DNA of 64,000 bases from Thermoproteota archaeon (GTDB lineage: Archaea; Thermoproteota; Thermoprotei; Thermofilales; B9-G17), in NCBI GenBank assembly GCA_029258885.1, contig JAPDJW010000002.1, forward strand, positions 582,816-646,815, read 5' to 3'. Both the position numbers and the translations under genes were made by a program. Below are positions 58,079 to 64,000 of this stretch, one piece after another. Below the pieces are notes generated by a model, which was given only the letters and a program-made list of their open reading frames with translations, was not told the origin of the DNA and searched no databases. Position 1 is the first letter of the stretch. Each line of letters starts with the position of its first letter.

Positions 58079-59554
58079 CTACCTCATGGCAAGGTATCTC
58101 CCCACTACTTTCCATGCAGATACCGGCTGAACCTTTTTCTCACGTCTCTTAACGTGTGGTTTAGGTAGGAGCAGTGTATCGAATTTACCGATTGAGCTAA
58201 GTATATTGTGTTCATACAGGAACCTGGTGCCGTAGTCTCCCTTAATAAACATTGGATGATTTAGAACTGTTAAATGTAGCGGAATATTTGTCTTAATTCC
58301 GCCTATAACGTATTCCTTAAGCGCGTTCATCAGCCTTTTAATCACTTTTCCCCTATTGCCCGCCCATACTATAAGCTTGGCTATCAGCGGATCATAATAT
58401 GGGGGGACGCTGTAGCCAGCATACACGCCGCTATCAACCCTAACCCCGAACCCGCTTGGCTCACGATATTCCTGAATTAGCCCTGGCGATGGAGTAAAGT
58501 TAGAATATGGATCCTCCGCGTTAATCCTAGCCTCAATTGAGCAACCTCTCCTAAGTATCTCGTTTTGACTATACCTCAGCTCGTATCCAGCAGCAATGTA
58601 CAGTTGCTCCTCGACGATATTCACTCCCGTAACCATCTCGGTTATTGGATGCTCGACCTGAATTCTGGAGTTGACTTCTAGGAAGTAGAAGTTCCTGCTA
58701 TCAGGGTCAAATATGAACTCCACGGTGCCAGCATTCACGTATTTAACTGCTCTAGCCATCTTGACGGCGAGCTCGGTAACCCTCTTCCTCTCATCCTCGC
58801 TCAACGCAGGGGATGGTGTCTCCTCTATAACCTTCTGAAACCTCCTCTGTATGCTACACTCCCTCTCAAATAGATGAACGACGTTGCCGTGTCTATCGGC
58901 CAGTATCTGTACCTCGATGTGTCTAGCCTTAGGGAAATACTTCTCCAGGTATATTTCGGATTTGCCGAAAGCCGACTCAGCAAGTTTCCTGCTATACCTG
59001 AAGTTATTCAGGAGCTCCTCCTCACTATAGCATACCTTCATTCCAATGCCTCCACCACCTAACGCTGGTTTCAATATCACAGGATAACCAATCTTCTCCG
59101 CAAAATCCAGAACCTCCTCCTCGCTCGTAAGGGCCTCCCTAGTTCCGGGAACCACCGGAACCCCGCTATCAATAGCCGTATTCCTTGCCGCAACCTTATC
59201 TCCAGTAAGCTTCTGAACATCGCTACCGGGTCCAATAAAGATTATGCCCTCCTCCTCACATCTCTCAGCAAACAATGGATTCTGTGATAGAAATCCGTAT
59301 CCTGGATGTATTGCCTCAGCATTCGATCGCTTAGCTACATCTATTATCCTCTCAATATTTAGGTAGCTTTCGCTCGGCGTTGAGGAGCCAATATAATAGC
59401 TTTCATCCGCCAGCAGGACGTGGAGAGCCCTCCTATCAGCATCCGAATACACAGCAACGGATTTAATGGATAGATCCTTAAGAGTCCTAATTATTCTAAC
59501 AGCGATTTCCCCTCTATTAGCCACCAGGACCTTCTTAAATGGAGGCTTATCCAA
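58079..59554 (-). CDS. accC: Biotin carboxylase subunit
   Basis: Motifs VLVANRGEIA, HPGYGFLS, GGGGIGM, RECSIQRRFQK, EVNSRIQVEHP, RINAED and YDPLIAK. Confidence 0.95.
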   Translation of the reverse strand: MDKPPFKKVLVANRGEIAVRIIRTLKDLSIKSVAVYSDADRRALHVLLADESYYIGSSTPSESYLNIERIIDVAKRSNAEAIHPGYGFLSQNPLFAERCEEEGIIFIGPGSDVQKLTGDKVAARNTAIDSGVPVVPGTREALTSEEEVLDFAEKIGYPVILKPALGGGGIGMKVCYSEEELLNNFRYSRKLAESAFGKSEIYLEKYFPKARHIEVQILADRHGNVVHLFERECSIQRRFQKVIEETPSPALSEDERKRVTELAVKMARAVKYVNAGTVEFIFDPDSRNFYFLEVNSRIQVEHPITEMVTGVNIVEEQLYIAAGYELRYSQNEILRRGCSIEARINAEDPYSNFTPSPGLIQEYREPSGFGVRVDSGVYAGYSVPPYYDPLIAKLIVWAGNRGKVIKRLMNALKEYVIGGIKTNIPLHLTVLNHPMFIKGDYGTRFLYEHNILSSIGKFDTLLLPKPHVKRREKKVQPVSAWKVVGRYLAMR

Positions 59555-59784
59555 ACACTACCACCACTGCTGAAGAACTAGATACAGAGGACTAATAACA
59601 TTTATGCCATATAGAACCAACAAAAATATTCCAAAAACAACGTTAAATTCAAACCATTAATTCACAGAAAAGTGAACTCCATAACCCAGCTAGAGTATAG
59701 CCCCAAAGTTAAATGAGGAAGACTTTTATCCATCAAGCTCAAGTATAACATTACCTATATAGCGATCTTACCTTCACTAAAACG

Positions 59785-59982
59785 ATGTCCAGTGTTTTGG
59801 AAAAGAAAATTCTAGAGAGCCTAAAGGAAATACATACTAAACTCGATGCAATAATCGCCAAGATCGTGACTCTAGAGGAAAAGATAATTGAGACAGAGGA
59901 ACCTGAGCCCGAGGACGTAAAAGCTTATCATGAAGCAGAATATAGAAAAAGGCGAATTCCAAAGCACTTCAAAAAATACTAG
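59785..59982 (+). CDS. Small antitoxin-like protein, C-terminus possibly frameshifted; no toxin gene follows
   Basis: Coiled coil followed by EEPEPED, similar to the 60096 gene (EEPEEWE). TAT AGA AAA A GGC GAA TTC suggests an extra A in an A5 run. Confidence 0.5.
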   Translation: MSSVLEKKILESLKEIHTKLDAIIAKIVTLEEKIIETEEPEPEDVKAYHEAEYRKRRIPKHFKKY

Positions 59983-60095
59983 AGGATTATAAAATTAATT
60001 CTTTTCATTATTTTTAATTTTTTATCGATAAAACACTTCAATAATTAGCAGTGATAACGACAATTTTTAATACTTCTCCGCTTTAATATCCCTGT

Positions 60096-60284
60096 ATGGA
60101 AGCTGTTTTAAAAGAAGTTAAGGCTATTAGAAGCATGCTTGAATTTATCATAGAATATATTGTTAGAGTCGAAGAGCCGGAGGAATGGGAGAAAAAGCTA
60201 ATAGAAGAAGCCCTAAGCGACGAAATTCTAGATGAGGAAGAAATATGGAAGACTTTAGGCTTAAAATCAAGAGAAAAGCCTTAA
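60096..60284 (+). CDS. RelB-type antitoxin
   Basis: 62 aa, acidic; overlaps a relE-like remnant. Confidence 0.6.
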   Translation: MEAVLKEVKAIRSMLEFIIEYIVRVEEPEEWEKKLIEEALSDEILDEEEIWKTLGLKSREKP

Positions 60285-60518
60285 AATCGATAAAACAATA
60301 ATTCACAATATAGAGAAAAATTCATAGAAATTTTTCAAACACTAAAAAGAGATCCATTACCTTTTAGAAGGTTTGATGTAGTTAAACTAAAGGGCTATAA
60401 AAACCTCTACAGAATTAGAATAGGAAAACTAAGGATAATATATCAAGTCAATTGGGCAGAACGTGAAATAGTAATATTAGTTATCGCTGAAAGAGAGAAA
60501 GCATACAAAGAAATCTAA
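60245..60518 (+). pseudogene. relE: RelE/ParE-family toxin, frameshifted (not in the ORF track)
   Basis: MEDFRLKIKRKALKSIKQ* and then, in the +1 frame, SQYREKF...DVVKLKGYKNLYRIRIGKLRIIYQVNW...REKAYKEI*. Confidence 0.8.
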
Positions 60519-60550
60519 ATAAAATAATCTTTAATATAACTGATAAATTC

Positions 60551-60580
60551 ATCATAGAACACATTGTTAGAGTTAAAGAA
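60551..60580 (+). repeat. Degenerate copy (25/30 identity) of 60147-60176 from the antitoxin gene
   Basis: ATCATAGAACACATTGTTAGAGTTAAAGAA versus ATCATAGAATATATTGTTAGAGTCGAAGAG; all 5 differences are transitions. Confidence 0.6.
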
Positions 60581-60810
60581 TCGAAATTCTTTCATCCAAG
60601 CTCATTCATAACCCTAGAACCGAATAGAAGCCTTATTCCCCATCAATCTAACAGCCTACAGAATTAATTTTATAAAATTTTCATACATATTATGGAGAAG
60701 CAATAAAGATAATAGCTGTCGCAGTAAACATTCTCTACAACATTAATTGTAGCTCCCTCACCAGCCATTCCTCAAATACCTCTCTAAATACTTTTTCCAT
60801 AGGGTATTTT

Positions 60811-60844
60811 ATAGGAAACAAAATTATAGACTTTTGTTTCCTAT
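60811..60844. repeat. Perfect 13-bp inverted repeat ATAGGAAACAAAA-N8-TTTTGTTTCCTAT upstream of birA
   Basis: Read directly from the sequence. Confidence 0.75.
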
Positions 60845-60979
60845 GGATGTATTAGCGAAACAAGCCGCCATGTCCTATCTGAAGCGACATTACATTAGGA
60901 ATCCGTATAGGTTATTCAGATAAGCTGAGAGGGCTGGCAGGAGTTAGAATTTATATTCTTGGAGAGGTATATCGTTTTC

Positions 60980-61723
60980 ATGAGCGGTAAAGTGTTTGAA
61001 ATTCTCAGGTTTGAAAAGTTGGATTCGACGATGGATAAGGCTTTTGAGCTGGCTAAATCGGGATGCGGCGAGTGGACTGTAGTTGTAGCTGAGGAACAGA
61101 GCATGGGTAGGGGGCGTAGGGGCAGGAAGTGGGTGTCTCCAAGGGGAGGATTATGGTTCTCCATAGTATTAAAGCCGAAGTTCAATCCAATCTTCCTCCC
61201 ACTGGTAGGTATAGCCACATCATTATCCTGCGCTGAAGCCATAGAGGAGAAATTTGGGCTTAAAACTAAGGTTAAGTGGCCCAACGACGTATATATAGAC
61301 TCCAGTAAGGTGGGGGGAGTTCTAGTAGAGGCACTCTACAGGAGCGGTAAAGTGGAGTTCGCAATAGTTGGAGTAGGCCTAAACACTAATGTCCATCCTC
61401 AGGTTAAAGGTCTAGACGCTAAAGCAACTAGTCTAAGCAGGTTGTTGGGCAGGGAGATAGACAACGAGGAACTACTAGAGTATATCCTCGATAAGTTGAG
61501 GGAATACTATTTAATGATACCTGATCAGAGGGAGAACATAATTCGAAGATACCTTAAACGCATGATGTTTAAAGATGAAATGGTTAAGATATCGATCAAC
61601 GGTAAGTGGATATACGGGAAGCTACTGGGTATAGACGATCTAGGCAGGATAGTTATAAGGGATGAAGAGGGATACGTTAAACACCTAAACGTCGGCGAGG
61701 TTGAGAGGGTTAGAAGAAGCTAG
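60980..61723 (+). CDS. birA: Biotin--protein ligase, without an N-terminal HTH
   Basis: Motifs DSTMD, AEEQSMGRGRRGRKWVSP, KWPND, KVGGVL and VGVGLN. The probable start is ATG 60980. Confidence 0.93.
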   Translation: MSGKVFEILRFEKLDSTMDKAFELAKSGCGEWTVVVAEEQSMGRGRRGRKWVSPRGGLWFSIVLKPKFNPIFLPLVGIATSLSCAEAIEEKFGLKTKVKWPNDVYIDSSKVGGVLVEALYRSGKVEFAIVGVGLNTNVHPQVKGLDAKATSLSRLLGREIDNEELLEYILDKLREYYLMIPDQRENIIRRYLKRMMFKDEMVKISINGKWIYGKLLGIDDLGRIVIRDEEGYVKHLNVGEVERVRRS

Positions 61724-62094
61724 CCGCTGGGCTCAATTTCCATAAGTGGCTGATTGGTCTTAACCACATCCCCCTCTCTAACAAATACTCCCTTAACCGA
61801 GCCATCAAGGTTTGAAGTTATTTCAACCTGAGTCTTCATCGACTCTATCACTATCACTACATCTCCCTTGGAAACCTTATCCCCAACCTTCTTATGTATC
61901 TCCATAACCCTACCGCCTATAGGCGTTATTATCATGCGATCCGAAAATCTCGGTATACGTGGCATAACCTCGCTTGCAACTTTCCTCTTCACCTTAGCGC
62001 TCCTTAGAAAAGATGATAAATCCTGCTTTTTAAGCTGTTCAACCTCAACCTCATACACTTCATCCTCAATAACAATCCTATACCTCTTCTTCAT
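61720..62094 (-). CDS. accB: Biotin carboxyl carrier protein
   Basis: Biotinyl domain IESMKTQVEI; TPIGGRV and VREGDVV. Confidence 0.9.
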   Translation of the reverse strand: MKKRYRIVIEDEVYEVEVEQLKKQDLSSFLRSAKVKRKVASEVMPRIPRFSDRMIITPIGGRVMEIHKKVGDKVSKGDVVIVIESMKTQVEITSNLDGSVKGVFVREGDVVKTNQPLMEIEPSG

Positions 62095-62243
62095 GTAAAT
62101 CTCCTAGCTACATCAAGTCTCCCCGAAATCTTCCAGGAACTATATTTAAAGCTTTTATACCCAACCCTCCCAACGCTACTCCTTCTAAGCCTATAGTATG
62201 CATATGCAGCCACTATGGCTATTAACTCCCTCCTTCTAGACAT
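62091..62243 (-). CDS. Unannotated 50-aa acyl-CoA carboxylase accessory (epsilon/PccX-like) subunit
   Basis: MSRRRELIAIVAAYAYYRLRRSSVGRVGYKSFKYSSWKISGRLDVARRFT*. It starts 9 nt after the CT stop and its TGA overlaps the accB ATG (ATGA). Confidence 0.75.
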   Translation of the reverse strand: MSRRRELIAIVAAYAYYRLRRSSVGRVGYKSFKYSSWKISGRLDVARRFT

Positions 62244-62252
62244 AGCCGATCA

Positions 62253-63821
62253 CTAGACGGGCATCAAACCATGCTTCTTAGGTGGAGGCCTAATATACTC
62301 CCTCTTGGATTCAATCAGTTCAAGTGTCTTTACTAATATTGGTCTTGTCTCGCTTGGAATTATCACTGAATCAATGTAGCCGAGCGATGCAGCGTAGTAT
62401 GGATTAGCGAATCTCTCTCTATACTCCTTAACGAACTTCTTAAGAAGCTCCTCGGGGTTCTCGGCTTTAGCAAGCTCCCTCTTATAGATTATTTCAATAG
62501 CTCCCTCAGGACCCATAACTGCTATCTCGGCAGTAGGCCAGGCATAAACTATGTCTCCACCCAAGTGTTTGCTGCCGAGCGCTATATAGGCTCCACCGTA
62601 GGCCTTCCTAACTATAACTGTTATCTTGGGGACTGTTGCCTCCGAGTAAGCGTATATTATCTTAGCGCCGTGTCTAATAACTCCACCGTGTTCCTGCGCT
62701 GTACCTGGAAGGAAGCCCGGTACATCGACGAAAGTTAATATAGGTATGTTGAATGCATCGCAGAATCTTACGAAACGGGATATTTTATCGGCTGAATTTA
62801 TATCCAGACAGCCCGCGTAAACCTTGGGTTGATTAGCAACTATACCTACAACGTGACCATTTAGCCTCCCAAATCCAACTATAGCGTTTGGAGCGAAAAG
62901 CTCCTGAACTTCCATAAAACTACCTTTATCCAGTATCTCAATTATAACATCCTTCATATCATAGGGCTTCATAGGATCTTCTGGAATCATGTTATCCAGC
63001 TCGGGACTCGTCCTATCAGGCTCGTCCTCGGGCTCAACATACGGTGGGTCGTCCATATTATTCGATGGAAGATAGGAGAGCAGCTTCTTTATACCATTTA
63101 AACATTCCTCATCGTTCTCATAGACAAAGTGTGCTACGCCGCTAATCGTCGAGTGGACATCAGGTCCGCCGAGCTCCTGGAAGGTTACCTCCTCACCTAT
63201 AGCCGCCTTAACCACCTTAGGACCTGTTACAAACATAAAGCTTTTCCCAGTCATAAATATGAAGTCAGCCAGCGCTGGCGAATAGACGGCGCCGCCTGCA
63301 CATGGGCCCATTATAGCTACAATCTGGGGTATAACTCCAGAAGCCATAACGTTTCTATAGAATATCTCCCCATAGCCCTTAAGCGACGCTACACCCTCCT
63401 GTATCCTAGCTCCACCCGAATCATTTAAACCTATCACGGGAACCCCTATCTTCATCGCAATCTCTATCGTTCTAGCAATTTTCTCAGCATGCATTTCGCC
63501 CACACTACCCCCCATAAACGTGAAATCCTGAGAATAAACCATCACTGGACGGCCATTAATGGTCCCATATCCCGTGACGACGCCGTCCCCATAGGCAAAC
63601 TTCTTATCCATTCCAAACTCCCTACACCTATGCCTAACGAAGGTACCGAATTCTATAAATGAGCCTGGGTCAAGAAGCTTCTCAATCCTCTCCCAAGCCG
63701 TCAACTTACCCGCTTCGTGTTGCCTCTGAATCCTATCGATGCCTCCGCCGAGCCTAGCCTCCCTATATCTCCTCCTAAGCTCCTCAATCCTACCCGACAA
63801 AAACAACACCTTAAACCACAA
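62253..63821 (-). CDS. pccB: Acyl-CoA carboxylase carboxyltransferase subunit (PccB/MmdA-like)
   Basis: Motifs GDGVVTG, GGSVG, DSGGARIQEG, GPCAGGAVY, VANQP, DVPGFLPG, RKAYGGAY and KKHG. Confidence 0.93.
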   Translation of the reverse strand: MWFKVLFLSGRIEELRRRYREARLGGGIDRIQRQHEAGKLTAWERIEKLLDPGSFIEFGTFVRHRCREFGMDKKFAYGDGVVTGYGTINGRPVMVYSQDFTFMGGSVGEMHAEKIARTIEIAMKIGVPVIGLNDSGGARIQEGVASLKGYGEIFYRNVMASGVIPQIVAIMGPCAGGAVYSPALADFIFMTGKSFMFVTGPKVVKAAIGEEVTFQELGGPDVHSTISGVAHFVYENDEECLNGIKKLLSYLPSNNMDDPPYVEPEDEPDRTSPELDNMIPEDPMKPYDMKDVIIEILDKGSFMEVQELFAPNAIVGFGRLNGHVVGIVANQPKVYAGCLDINSADKISRFVRFCDAFNIPILTFVDVPGFLPGTAQEHGGVIRHGAKIIYAYSEATVPKITVIVRKAYGGAYIALGSKHLGGDIVYAWPTAEIAVMGPEGAIEIIYKRELAKAENPEELLKKFVKEYRERFANPYYAASLGYIDSVIIPSETRPILVKTLELIESKREYIRPPPKKHGLMPV

Positions 63822-64000
63822 TTCCCATAAAGATATTTTAATGTTAACTCTTAGATTTGTAGGAAGTTATACCGGTGCTGACAACTTAAGTTTATTGGGA
63901 GGGTCCGTAGCCTATAATGTATGGGCAACAAGCAACATAAGCTCTTTAGGAGACTACGGACCCCATTATGGATAATGCTCTACGCAATATATCTTTATCT

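Noticed and set aside
60811-60844. BirA (bioO-like) operator
   Set aside because: The adjacent BirA lacks an N-terminal HTH; the repeat is kept as an unexplained element instead.
124-63975. Numerous 60-185 aa ORFs nested antisense or out of frame within longer genes (for example 3629-4186, 5803-6240, 27309-27815, 30294-30785, 33978-34535, 46220-46754, 60916-61284)
   Set aside because: They lie fully within well-supported genes, have Ser/Thr/Ile/Leu-rich shadow composition and show no family motifs.
1-64000. CRISPR array, cas genes, tRNA/rRNA genes, transposase or integrase
   Set aside because: I saw no regularly spaced 24-40 bp repeats, no tRNA T-loop/cloverleaf signature, no rRNA-length GC-rich tract and no DDE/tyrosine-recombinase motifs in any ORF. 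This was a by-eye search.

Overview
A 64 kb, gene-dense stretch of an archaeal chromosome. BRE/TATA promoters, GGTGA-type RBS, C/D-box sRNAs, archaeal ApgM/PAC2/COG2517 genes and a Bathyarchaeia-style C-terminal zinc ribbon point to a probably thermophilic TACK/Thermoproteota lineage; the exact taxon cannot be determined here. Housekeeping and metabolic content: ilvA, glycerate 2-kinase, ino1, ridA, menC-like racemase, hisS, apgM, a full Opp/Dpp peptide importer and a split biotin-dependent acyl-CoA carboxylase cluster with birA. Accessory content: three VapBC pairs, HEPN-MNT, a fused wHTH-nucleotidyltransferase (AbiE-like) gene, a DUF4143-type ATPase, decayed RelBE copies and several frameshifted pseudogenes. 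I found no CRISPR array, tRNA, rRNA or transposase. The most notable items, several absent from the ORF track, are: (1) an ABC importer built around a stand-alone version of the substrate-binding domain normally fused to vWA, with a PhoU-like DUF47 gene and two duplicated, asymmetric ATPases; (2) a hidden 50-aa carboxylase subunit whose C-terminal S-W-K-x-x-G-R motif recurs at the end of the biotin carboxylase; (3) two intergenic C/D-box guide RNAs; (4) a PH-domain/Zn-ribbon gene beside a coiled-coil/poly-Pro11 gene; (5) a lone non-pyrrolysine MttB-family methyltransferase. Family assignments come from motif recognition only; no database search was run.
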